DNA from: Somniosus microcephalus
Taxonomy: Eukaryota
Direction: 5' to 3'
DNA: 64,000 nucleotides
Assembly (NCBI GenBank): GCA_052327205.1
Contig: CM126203.1
Location: 332,444,001 to 332,508,000, forward strand
Notes under the pieces: model-generated
Database searches by the model: none
The model's input: the letters and a program-made list of their open reading frames with translations, nothing else
What the model was told of the DNA's origin: nothing
Position numbers and translations under genes: made by a program
In this document: in pieces, positions 13,053 to 24,984 of the stretch
Layout: the number at the start of each line of letters is the position of its first letter
How positions within the stretch are numbered: position 1 is the first letter of the stretch

Positions 13053-15208
13053 TAGTCCACGTAGGAACCAATGACATAGGTAGAACTAGGAATGAGGTTT
13101 TGCTGAGGGAGTTTGAGGAGTTGGGGTCCAAATTAAAAAGCAGAACCTCAAAGGTAATCTCTGGATTGTTACCTGAGCCACTTGCAAATTAGCGTAGGGA
13201 CAAACGGATTAGAGTTTTAAATGCGTGGCTCAGAGTGGTGTGGGAGGAATGGGTTTCAGTTCATGGGGCACTGGCACCAGTACTGGGGAAAGAGGGAACT
13301 GTTCCGTTGGGATGGGCTCCACTTAAACCGGGCTGGGACCAGTGTCCTGGCGAACCAAATAATTAGGGCAGTAGACATGGCTTTAAACTAATGATGGGGG
13401 GGGGTGGGAGGATTCAGGAAAGAGTAAATTTAAAAGCAGTGAGAGAAATGTCAAGGCTCTGGAGCAGAGTAGAGTTTTGGGTAAAAACAAGCAGAGTGGG
13501 TCAGGAAGGGACAGAGAGAGTAACAAAGGTAATAAGGCATCAGTGACTAAGGTGACATCAGGGAAAAATACAAATAAGTCAAAGCTAAAGGCAGTATATC
13601 TGAATGTGCGAAGCATTCGCAACAAAATAGATGAATTAATAGCGCAGATAGAAATCAACAGGTTTGATCTAATAGCCATAACGGAGATGTGGTTGCAAAG
13701 TGGCCACGGTTGGGAACTAAATATTCCAGGATACTTAACTTTTAGAAGAGATAGGCAAAATGGAAAAGGAGGAGGGGTAGCCCTGATAATAAAGGATGGG
13801 ATAAAGACAGTAGAGAGAAAGGATCTTAGCTCTGAAAATCAAGAAGTAGAATCAGTTTGGGTGGAGCTAAGAAACAGCAAGGGGCAGAAAACATTGGTGG
13901 GAGTTGTTTATAGGCCCCCAAACAGTAGTTGTAATGTAGGGCAGTGTATAAATCTGGAAGTTAGAGGCGCATGTAACAAGGGTAATACAGTGATCATGGG
14001 GGACTTTAATCTACTTATAGTCACTGCAAATTCGGTTTGCTCAAAGTGTGGAGGATGAATTCATGGAATGTATGCAAGATAGTTTTCTAGATCAGTATGT
14101 TGAGGAACCAACTAGGGAACAGGCTATTTTAGATCTAGTATTGTGCAATGAGAAAGGGTTAATTAATAACCTTGTAGTGAAGGGTCCTTTAGGGAAGAGT
14201 GACCATAATATGATAGAATTTTATATTGAGTTTGAAAATGATTTAGTTAAATCCAAATCTAGGGTCTTAAATTTAAACAAAGCAAACTGCGTAGGTATGA
14301 GGGGCGAGTTGGATAAGGTAGATTGGGAAACTACATTAAAAGGTTTGATGGTAGAGAAGCAATGACTAGCATTTAAGGAATTAATACATAATTTACAACA
14401 AATATACATTCCTTTAAGGCACAAAAACCCCACAGGAAAAGTGGTCCAACCGTGGCTAACAAGAGAAGTTAAAGATAGTATTTGATCAAAGGAACAGGCT
14501 TATAATGGTGCCAAAAAGAGTAGTAAGCCTGAGGATTGGGAGGATTTTAGAATTCAGCAAAGGAGGACCAAGAAATTGATAAAGAAAGGGAAAATAGAAT
14601 GAGAGTAAACTAGCGAGAAACATAAAAACAGACTGTAAAAGCTTCTATATGTAGGTTAAAAAGGAAAAGATTAGCGTAAGTAAATGTGTGCCCCTTACAG
14701 GCTGAGACAGGAGAAATTATAATGGGGAATAAGAAAATGGCAGAGAAATTAAACAAATACTTTGTGTCTGTCTTCACGGAAAAAGACGCAAAAAACTTCC
14801 CGAAAATAGTGGAGAACCAAGGCTCTCGCGAGAATGAGGAACTGAAAGAAATTAGTATTAGTAAAAAAAAATAGTACTGGAGAAATTAATGGGACTAAAA
14901 GCTGATAAATCTCTGACCTGATGGCCTGCATCCTAGGGTTTTGAAAGAGGTGGTTATAAAGATAGTGGATGCATTGGTTATCATTTTCCAAAATTCCATA
15001 GATTCGAGAACGGTTCCCGTGGATTGGAAGGTGGCAAATGTAACCCGACTATTTAAGAAAGGAGGGAGAGAGAGAACTGGGAACTGCAGACCAGGTTAGC
15101 ATGACATCAGTAGTAGGGAAAATGCTAGAATCTGTTATTAAAGACGTGGTAACAGGGTACGTAGAAAATAATAGGATTGAGCAGTCAACATGGATTTATG
15201 AAAGGGAA

Positions 15209-16142
15209 TCATCCTCCGCCATTTCCGCTACCTCCAAAGTGATCCCACCACCAAACGCATCTTCCCCTCCCCTTTCAGCATTCCGTAGGGACCGCTCCCT
15301 CCGAGACACCCTAGTCCACTCCTCTATCACCCCCAGCACCCCTTCCCCTTCGCCCGGCACCTTCCCGTGCAAGCGCAGGAGATGCAACACCTGCCCTTAT
15401 ACCTCTCCCCTTCCCACTGTCCAGGGCCCCAAACACCCCTTCCAGGTGAAACAGCGATTTACTTGTACTTCTTGCAATCTAGTATACTGTATTCGCTGCT
15501 CACGATGTGGTCTCCTCTACATTGGGGAGACCAAACGCAGATTGGGTGACCGTTTTGCGGAACACCTCTGTTCAGTCCGTAAGGGTGACCCCGAGCTTCC
15601 GGTCGCCTGTCATTTTAATTCACCGCTCCATTCCCTCTCAGACCTCACCGTCCTTGGCCTCTTGCATTGTTCCACGGAAGCCCAACGTAAACTCGAGGAA
15701 CAGCACCTCATCTTCCGATTAGGCACTTTGCAGCCTTCCGGACTCAATATCGAGTTCATCAATTTCAGATCATAACCTCGGCCCCTATTACATTTTTACT
15801 TTTTCCCACCCCCCCGACCCCTTTGTTTTGGGTTTCCCCCCCCCCCCCCCCCACCCCCCCTTTCCTCTTTTGTTTTTACATGGCAGCTGTCTCTCATTCT
15901 GCCAGTACATTTCACACCTAATTTGAGCCGTCTTTTGCCTCTTCACTAGTCCTATCACCATCTCGTCTCGTTTTGAATACCTCTTAATGTCTATTCACTT
16001 CTTTTGTTCCCTCCCCAGCCCTCCTTTCGATCTATTTCATTTCCTTTCCAGTTTTGAAGAAGGGTTTCGACCCGAAACGTCAACTGTAATTTCTCTCCAC
16101 GGATGTTGCCTGGCCTGCTGAGTTTTTCCAGCATTTTCTGTT
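15209..16142 (+). mobile_element. 5'-truncated Penelope-like element inserted in CR1 RT
   Basis: Open GIY-YIG (NLVYCIRCSRCGLLYIGETKRRLGDRFAEH) preceded by CKRRRCNTC; 15-bp TSD atttatgaaagggaa at 15194-15208 and 16143-16157. Confidence 0.92.
16049..16086 (+). ncRNA. Minimal hammerhead ribozyme motif (U3 core variant)
   Basis: CAGTT-TTGAAGA-A-GGGT-TTCG-ACCC-GAAA-CGTC-AACTG: perfect 5-bp stem I, 4-bp stem II, ACGT palindrome, GUC triplet. Confidence 0.7.
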
Positions 16143-17619
16143 ATTTATGAAAGGGAAATCGTGTTTGACAAATCTGTTCGAACTTTTTGAGGTTGTAACT
16201 AGCAGAATAGATAAGGGGGAACCAGTGGATGTGGTGTATTTGGATTTTCAGAAGGCATTCGATAGGTGCCACACAAGAGGTTATTAAACAAAAATGAGGG
16301 CTCATGTGATTGGGGGTAATATGCTAGCATGGATTGAGGATTGGCTAACGGACAGAAAACAGAGAGTAGGAATAAACGGGTCATTTTGGGGTTGGCAGGC
16401 TGTAACTAGTGGGGTATGGCAAGGCTCAGTGCTTGGGCCTCAGCTATTCACAATCTACATCAATAATTTGGATGAGGGGACCAAAATGTAATACACCCAA
16501 ATTTGCTGATGATGCAAAGCTGGGTGGGAATGTAAGTTGTGAGGAGGATTACAAGGAGGCTTCAAGGGAATATAGACAGGTTCAGTGAGTGGGCAAGAAC
16601 ATGGCAAATGGAATATAATGTGGAGAAATGTGAAGTTATCCACTTTGGTAGGAAAATAGAAAAGCGGTGTATTTCTTAAATGCGAGATTGGGGAAATGTT
16701 GGTGTTCAGAGGGACCTGATGTCCTTGTACAAGATTCACAAAGTTAACATGCAGGTACGGCAAGCAATTAGGAAAGCAAATGGTATGTTGGCCTTTATTA
16801 CAAGAGGATTTGAGTATAAGACTAAAGACATCTCACTGCAATTATATAGGGCCCTGGTGAGACCACACCTGCAGTATTGTGTACAGTTTTGGTCTCCTTA
16901 ACGAAGGAAGGATATACTTGCCATAGAGGGAGTGCAACAAAGGTTCGCCAGACTGATTCCTGGGATGGGGGGATTGTCCTATGAGGAGAGATTGAGTAGA
17001 TTAGGCCTATATTCTCTAAGGTTTAGAAGAATGAGAGGTGATCTCATTGAAACATACAAAATTCTTACAGGACTTGACAGGGTAGATGCAGGGAGGATGT
17101 TTCCCCTGGCTGGGGAGTCTAGAACCAGGGGCCACAGTCTCCGAATAAGGGGTCAGCCCTTTAGGACTGAGATGAGGAGAAATTTCCTTCACTCAGAGGG
17201 TGGTGAATCTTTGGAATTCTCTACCCCAGAGGGCTGTGGAGGCTCAGTTGTTGAGTATATTCAAGACAGAGATCGATAGATGTTTGAATATTAAGGGAAT
17301 CAATGGATATGGGATAGTTCAGGAAAGTGGAGTTGAGGTAGAAGATCAGCCATAATCTTATTGAATGGCAGAGCAGGCTCGAGGAGCCAAATGGCCTACT
17401 CCTGCTCCTATTTCATATGTTCTTATTTGTTGTGTTGCAATTGGAGTACTCTAATGTGTATCTACCTTTTTTTATATTTATTATATATATAAAAGGATCG
17501 GTTCTGTCGTTATAGAGCGTACCTACACATGTTATATCAAAAGAAAGCTTATGATTAGGGAGTGTCATAGGCATATTTACTTTTTGGTCAGACAAAAATT
17601 GTTTGGACAGTATAGAAAA

Positions 17620-18026
17620 AACATTCAAAAATCCGCTCATTAGCGGTTGGTCAATCATACGGGGGAATCAGCTCATTAGCATTGAGTGACGTGAAGGTTG
17701 ACCAATCCTACAGGGGGAGTGCGCTGCGTGACGGGGGCGTTTCATGGCATGTGTGGGCGGGGCCTAATCTTTCAAACTGCCGTTAGTGCGGGAGCGCGAA
17801 AAACCACAGACAACCACGTGGCGATAAACTGCGACCATACAACAGCCACAAAACATCGAACCGAAATAAATCCAGCAGCGGAACGGCGTCGGAGGCCCGC
17901 AGCGGGAGCTCATCAGGGCTCACTCGGGCCAGGCCTGAGATGATACGCTGCGTGCGGGGGCTCCGGTTCACCCGGAGCGGCAGGGGTCCATCCGGCTGGG
18001 CCTGAGGCGCTCCTTCCCCCCCCCCC
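17620..18026 (+). promoter_or_regulatory. CpG-rich promoter / first-exon region, probably of DYM
   Basis: Unique, CpG-dense sequence with CCAAT (gaccaatc ~17700), GC box (gggcgggg ~17755), TGACGTG (~17687) and E-box CACGTG (17815-17820). Upstream of the DYM exons; orientation and gene assignment are inferred. Confidence 0.65.
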
Positions 18027-18699
18027 NNNNNNNNNNNNNNNNNNNNNNNNNNNNNNNNNNNNNNNNNNNNNNNNNNNNNNNNNNNNNNNNNNNNNNNNNN
18101 NNNNNNNNNNNNNNNNNNNNNNNNNNNNNNNNNNNNNNNNNNNNNNNNNNNNNNNNNNNNNNNNNNNNNNNNNNNNNNNNNNNNNNNNNNNNNNNNNNNN
18201 NNNNNNNNNNNNNNNNNNNNNNNNNNNNNNNNNNNNNNNNNNNNNNNNNNNNNNNNNNNNNNNNNNNNNNNNNNNNNNNNNNNNNNNNNNNNNNNNNNNN
18301 NNNNNNNNNNNNNNNNNNNNNNNNNNNNNNNNNNNNNNNNNNNNNNNNNNNNNNNNNNNNNNNNNNNNNNNNNNNNNNNNNNNNNNNNNNNNNNNNNNNN
18401 NNNNNNNNNNNNNNNNNNNNNNNNNNNNNNNNNNNNNNNNNNNNNNNNNNNNNNNNNNNNNNNNNNNNNNNNNNNNNNNNNNNNNNNNNNNNNNNNNNNN
18501 NNNNNNNNNNNNNNNNNNNNNNNNNNNNNNNNNNNNNNNNNNNNNNNNNNNNNNNNNNNNNNNNNNNNNNNNNNNNNNNNNNNNNNNNNNNNNNNNNNNN
18601 NNNNNNNNNNNNNNNNNNNNNNNNNNNNNNNNNNNNNNNNNNNNNNNNNNNNNNNNNNNNNNNNNNNNNNNNNNNNNNNNNNNNNNNNNNNNNNNNNNN
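18027..18699. other. Assembly gap (673 N)
   Basis: Run of n following a poly-C tract. Confidence 1.
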
Positions 18700-19690
18700 T
18701 CAGGGCAGTGTCCTAGGCACAACCATCTTCAGCTGCTTCATCAATGACCTTCCCTCCAACATAAGGTCAGAAATGAGAATGTTTGCTGATGACTGCACAG
18801 TGTTCAGCGCCATTCACAACTCCTCAGATAATGAAGCAGTCCATGCCCGCATGCAACAAGACCTGGACGACGTTCAGGCTTGGGCTGATAAGTGGCAGGT
18901 AACATTCACGCCATAGAAGTGCCAGGCAATGACTATCACCAACAAGCGAGAGTCTAACCACCTCCCCATGACAGTCAACGGCATTACCATCGCTGAATCC
19001 CCCACCATCAACATCCTGGGGGTCACCATTGACCAGAAACTTAACTGGACCAGCCACATAAATACTGTGGTAACAAGAGCAGGTCAGAAGCTAGGTATTC
19101 TGTGGCGAGTGTCTAACCTCCTGACTCCCCAAAGCCTTTCCACCACTTACAAGGCACAAGTAAGGAGTGTGATGGAGTACTCTCCACTTGCCTGGATGAG
19201 TGCAGCTCCAGCAACACTGAAGAAGCTCGACACCATCCAGGACAAAGCAGCCCGCTTGATTGGCACCCCATCCACCACCTTAAACATTCACTCCCTCCAC
19301 CACCACCGGCGTACTGTGGCTGCAGTGTGTACCATCTACAAGATGCACTGCAGCAACTCGCCAAGGCTTCTTCGGCAGCACCTCCCAAACCCGTGACCTC
19401 TTCCACCTAGAAGGACAAGGGCAGCAGGCGCATGGGAACACCACCACCTCCAAGTTCCCCTCCAAGTCGCACACCATCCTGACTTAGAAGTATATCGCTG
19501 ATCCTTCATCGTCGCTGGTCAAAACCCTGGAACTCCCTACCTAACAGCACTGTGGACGTACCTTCACCACACGGACTGCAGTGGTTCAAGAAGGTGGCTC
19601 ACCACCACCATCTTGAGGGCAACTAGGGATGAGCAATAAATGCTGGCTTTGCCAGCGATGCCCACATCCCATAAACGAATAAAAAGAAAG
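18700..19690 (+). mobile_element. CR1-group LINE 3' part (second family)
   Basis: QGSVLGTTIFSCFINDL...MFADD; YKAQVRSVMEYSPLAW; 3' end gcccacatcccataaacgaataaaaa. Confidence 0.88.
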
Positions 19691-20035
19691 AGAGGAAGAA
19701 CGTGAAAAATTGAGAGGTTAGGAGATGGCTCTGAAAGGGGAAGAGATGCACAGAGAGGAAGCGAGATATATGGATGTGAAGAGAGGGAGGCAAAAGGACT
19801 GTCCTGAAGGGTGGAGGCGAGAAGGAGATGGATGGGGGGAGGAGAGAGACTGATGTGGAGAGAGTTGGAGGAAGAGAGATGGAGAGAGGGACAAGAAAGG
19901 AGTATGTGGAAACAGAAACTGACATGACGCAAGAAAGAGATGGCCAGGAGGGAAGAGCTGCAAATATAGGTAAGTGAGGGAGAGCCAGATGAAGGGACCT
20001 GGAAAGAGAACTGAACATGGAGGGAGGGAGAACAT
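19691..20035 (+). repeat. Purine-rich (GA) low-complexity tract
   Basis: Strongly G/A-biased sequence (gagagg, ggagag, gaagag). Confidence 0.6.
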
Positions 20036-20184
20036 TGTAAAAATGTTGTCTACCACAGTGTTCTGCCCGTGATGGCACCGTCTAATGTAAAGTTACTAAC
20101 TTTCAGATACCCACATTTCTATGAGCCCTGTGAGCTACTTTATGATAAGTTTTTTGAGGAGTAGTGGAACATTTAAATTATAGA

Positions 20185-20395
20185 GTCAGAGTTATACAGC
20201 ACAGAAAGAGGCCCTTCGGCCCATCGTGTCTGCGCCAGCCATCAAGCCCTGCCTATTCTAATCACATTTTCCAGCACGTGGTCCGTAGCCTTGTATGCTA
20301 TGGCGTTTCAAGTGCTCATCTAAATGCTTCTTGAATGTTGTGAGGGTTCCTGCCTCTACCACCCTTTCAGGCAGTGAGTTCCAGATTCCAACCAC
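20185..20395 (-). mobile_element. CR1 3'-end fragment
   Basis: tacagcacagaaagaggcccttcggcccatcg...gagttccagattcc is the reverse complement of a CR1 tail. Confidence 0.7.
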
Positions 20396-21409
20396 ATAAA
20401 CATGGAGGTCATTGCATAGAACTACCTAAGGAGAAATGGAAGTAAAAGCGAGGGAAAGACATAGGGGAAATAAACAGAAGGGAATTGGATATATGCTTGA
20501 AAAGGAAAAAACGTTGCAGTGCTATGGGGAAAGAGCAGGGGAGTGGGACTAATTGGATAGCTCTTTTGATACAGGTGCAATGGGCTAAATGGCCTCCTTC
20601 TGTGCTATGTGATTCTATGAGAAGTGGAGGGGAAGAGAGTAAAATAGAGAGTTTGGTGACCACAAAAATGTCTGACGTCTGATTTTCTGCTGCAATTGTT
20701 GTGGTTTTTACAACTAACCTGTGATTTTTTTTGTTGTCATATTTAATATGAGAAAATTACAACCGCAGGTATAATACTAAGTATGACTAAACCTTTATTC
20801 TAACTTTAGTACAGCATATTGACAGCCCAGCAAATATAGACATTATTTATATACTCTTGGTTTTGAGCTTACTGAATTTCTGATGATTTCACAATGTTAA
20901 TTGCTTCAATCTTTATTTGTTCCAGTGACACAGAACTTTTCTGGGGAGTGTTGTGCTTAACCGCTTTTGCAGTTTTCAATTTTATTTTATAGTAAGCATT
21001 TTGAATGCATCTCCCCAGAAGGGTCAAGAAATAATTTTTCAGTATGTTTATGTGGGAGATTTTCCATTAATCCCCTCTTTACAAGACACTGGCTTGTACT
21101 GAGGGTATGCTTCCCTGGGTATCTCAACCAAGTGCTCATTCTCCACTTGAATCGATTTAATCGTCAAATGCTGAACTTGATCCTTTCTTCAACTGATATC
21201 CACATAAATGCACTTCCCAGCTAGGGTCATTGTATAGTGACCGGCAGCAAGATTCCTCGTATACCTTTTCCCCCCCTTTCCCTTCTCATGGATGCAGAGA
21301 CTAGTTGGGCCCCAAAAGCCACTCTGGCTAAGATCGCCAACTCACCACAGATCAAAAATGAATCCTGGTATCTTCTAATTTGTATGGCTCAGCTACAGAC
21401 TGTCTAAGT

Positions 21410-21595
21410 GTTAGTTTGGCTCATTTCGTAGCAACCTTGCCTCTGAGTCAGTCGGTTGTGGGTATATGCATCACTCCAGGTCTTGAGCACGTAATCCACG
21501 CTGCCACATCAGTGTTGGAGGTGCAGTCTTTTGGATGTGATAAACAGGTGCTCCATCTGCCTGTTCAGGTGGACATTAAAGCTCCCATGGCCTTT
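21410..21595 (+). mobile_element. Deu-domain SINE (SacSINE1/AmnSINE1-like)
   Basis: tRNA-like head (ggctca...gcctctgagtcag), then ggaggtgcagtctttt...tctgcctgttcaggtggacattaaagctcccatggc. Confidence 0.55.
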
Positions 21596-22369
21596 GGGGT
21601 TTTGGAATTTTTCACGCTGTTTACTCTGCAATCCGATGTGCTCACTCACACAGAACTAGAACGTTGAATATAAAATAAACATAGAAATCATATTAAACAG
21701 AATGAAGTGTGACTTGTCATGCTTTAAATTTGGAAATATATTTTTAACATTACTGCCGATGTTTGTATTCTGCAGCAAGAATGTCACATCCAGCTCAAGG
21801 TATCCTAACCAAACATTGCATATCCTTCAATTAAAATTAATACCAAACTTCCAAAACCAATCCTCAAACTTTAATGCAAAAATTTCCTGCAGCATGATAT
21901 ATAATATTTTACCATCATGAGAGTTATTAGAGGAGAAGATAAACTGTAGGAGAAGGTACTTTCACTTCAGGCTCTAGGATGAGTCCCTTTTAAAGGGCTT
22001 GCTGCTTTCACTGATGCCAGGATGACTGGTGTAGCTACTGAGCAATATGATCATTTGAAAGTTTTGTAGCTAGATGAATGCGATGAGAGTGAGGCTGTAA
22101 TATGTAGTCGTTCATTGCATGGATAGCCAGAAGAGGGCACTCATGTTCTTGATTTGTACTTTTTTCAAGCCAAAGGATATGGATTTCCTCAGTGACTATT
22201 TAGGCACTACTCATTATCATCTCAAAATAATTGTGTACTAGTATTCTATGGATAAAAAAATGCTATTGTAAATGATGTGTGTATGTATGTGTGCATTGTG
22301 TAAAGAACAGATAACTGAATTACCTCTGAAACAGTAATATAACCTTGTGTTTCAGATTACATTGTAATG

Positions 22370-22690
22370 TTGGCAGCTTGTTCACCCATGCAGGCTGTTC
22401 ATCTGTGCAGGCCATTGAGGCTGGCCATGATCCTGTCCTCCCCTAACCTCCACATATGCGACCTTCCAGCAGGAGCCACCTTTTGGTGATTAGGGGAAAC
22501 ATTTAGATTTTTCTTCCCCTTCCACCCCCCTCCCCGCCCCCCAACCTTTGGTCAAGGGCATCGAGGCCTGTTGTGGCACCCATACCTGTCCTGGCTGACA
22601 TCAGTTAACTTCTTGTAGATTAAAAATTGAATCTGGAACCTTCTGACTTGATGCTATAACATACAATGTGGTGCGGCTACCTACTGTGCC
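22370..22690 (-). mobile_element. AmnSINE2-like SINE
   Basis: Reverse complement of the motif series at 32116-32400 (gatcctgtcctc...cttccagcagg...cagttaact...). Confidence 0.5.
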
Positions 22691-23265
22691 TTCTGGAAAG
22701 CTATTGAAGATTTATCATTTGAACTTCAAGATTAGATAGCTGTCGGGAACTCCAACCAATACATCTATATTATATATGTTTATATTCATATTTCCAGATA
22801 TTGCTCAGCAATTGATCCATTATTTTGTTTTTTCGGCTGCCAATAGTCTGTGCATATGCCAACAGTCGGTACACTTGCCCCCTGTTCATGTGTGATCATT
22901 GAAAAACTAACTACCAAGGCATCATTATTGCAAATTTAGTTTAGCTGAAATTTACAGCTGCTTATAGGGGAATTTAATACTGTGTATGGAACATCCCTAA
23001 AGCCCTCCACAAATAGCATTTCCAATAGGCCTTGAACAATATCACAAAAGAATACAACACACGTCTGTGACTGCAGTGTGTCTGTAGCTCTCTAGAAATT
23101 GGCAAGAAATCTTAACTTGTACAAGTAAATGTTAACTCCTCATTCTATACACAGTATGTGTGCATGAAGGAAGGTAAAGGCTGCAATTTAATCTGCATGT
23201 TTTATTTGAACTCCTTAATTGGATGCTGCCTTGTCGACTTTGTCACTTGCGTGTGTGTATAGTGT

Positions 23266-23491
23266 GATCGCAAAATACTGCAGATGCTGGAAATCCGAAA
23301 TAACAACAGAAAATGCTGGAAAAACTCAGCAGGCCAGCCAACATCCGTGGAGAGAAATTAGAGGTGACGTTTCGGGTCGAAACTCTTTTTCAAAACTGAA
23401 AAAGGGTTTTGACCCGAAACGTCAACTCTAATTTCTCTCCACGGATGTTGCCTGGCCTGCTGAGTTTTTCCAGCATTTTCTGTTGTTATTT
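23266..23491. mobile_element. Non-coding PLE-derived hairpin element (two inverted pseudo-LTR ends fused at the hammerhead)
   Basis: Arms of about 95 bp form a near-perfect inverted repeat; 14-bp TSD tgtgtgtatagtgt at 23252-23265 and 23492-23505. Confidence 0.85.
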
Positions 23492-24984
23492 TGTGTGTAT
23501 AGTGTATTGTGTAGAAGACTTGTGCTTTAGAATTCCACACCAAAGCTAGTTTTCTGAAACTGGCCGCTACCTGTTTTACAGCAGGCGTATCGTGGATCAA
23601 CAAGCTGGAGTTAAATGGGGAATCCCATTCAGTCCATTTGCTTCTTTGCTCCACAATTAAGGGAATTTCATTTATTTGACTCCTTATGCAGTGATTGAGA
23701 CTCAGTTCTTTGTTATCTTTTGTGCTTCCCTTCCCCAAACCAAATCTCAAGCATTAGTTAGCTTACAGGTTACGGAGTGTCTTTTAACTATTTTATGTGT
23801 TGCTCTATATCATTCAGGAGTATAGAAAGAAACAAAGAACTTGCATTTATAAAGTGTATTTCCCATCCTCAGGATGTCCTAAAGTGCTTCACAGCCAATG
23901 AATTACTTTTGAAGTATTCTCATTGTTGTTATGTCGGCAAACGTGGCAGCCAGTTTGTGCACCGCAATATCACAAACGGTAATGTATTTGCTTTATGGAT
24001 GGGGCGGAAGAAGGTTGCAGGGAAGAGCAGGATCATTGATGTTGAACCTATTGCTGCAGTTCATAAAACTTAAAAACCAGGTCTAGGCTTTCCTGGAGTG
24101 ACATTGGAGGCCAGCAATAATAAGGCATGGGCACTGCAATGTTTGTGTCTAAGGCATAGTCATCCTTATAATAACATTCAGGGAACGGCATGGATGCCAC
24201 AAATTTTTCCCACACTTTGACTCGAAACCTGAGCTTGGTTTTTTTATTACAGATTTTCCATAGTGCTCTCAGCCCTGGCTGTTTGACACCAGCCGTAATT
24301 TATCAGTGATTGTACAGCAAGACTCCAGTGGGCGGAGAGCCTTTGACCTAGCCCAAAACAAATAGAACTGTTTGCTGTGTTGTAGTTAATGATCCACTTA
24401 TCAGCGGTCCGATACAGAGAAAGATAGTTTTGGTTTGTCTGTGACTGATGTGGTGTAATTCCACAGAATTCAACGTCAGCAGAAATAGTGAGGAAATGGA
24501 AAAATGATTAGATTGTTGACATCTCATATTCTTGTCTTTTCCTTAACATGACCTTTTAACTTGGTAGAAATGAATCTCTACTTTGCTGCTTGAATTTTTG
24601 GCAGAAATTAGACAAAAGGAAAATGTGTTCCATTACAGTCCATCGCAGTATTATTTGTTTTTACTCCTCAGTGCAACACACCTGGGAGGCTTTGCTGTGT
24701 TAAAGGTGCTATATAAGTTAAGTAGTTGTTGTAGTCCATAGGATCTTTCAAAAGGCAATTGGACATATATTTGAAGATGACTAATTTGCAGAATTATGGG
24801 GAAAAATTGACTAAATTGGACAGCTCTTTCAAAGAGCTTGCATAGGCACGACGAGCCGAATGGCCCCCTTCTGTACTGTATGATTCTGGTCCGTACTGAG
24901 AATTGAAATTTTGTCTTTCTGGCCTCAAGGCAGGAAGATTAAAATTAGAACAATAATTTAACATGCAACTTTGTCTGGTGCAGC

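Larger units (their letters stand above)
12350..17420 (+). mobile_element. Near-full-length disrupted CR1 LINE (ORF1, APE, RT, 3'UTR) with nested solo LTR and PLE
   Basis: HVGTNDIG (ORF1); YLNVRSIRNK, IAITEMWL, GGGVAL, VVYRPP, MGDFN (APE); RT fragments; tail ggcctactcctgctcctatttcatatgttctta. Confidence 0.92.

Noticed and set aside
15101-15775. 224-aa ORF appearing to fuse CR1 RT with a GIY-YIG nuclease
   Set aside because: Chance read-through from CR1 into a nested PLE; the 15-bp TSD shows a simple insertion.
17913-18722. 269-aa minus-strand ORF
   Set aside because: Almost entirely X from the assembly gap.
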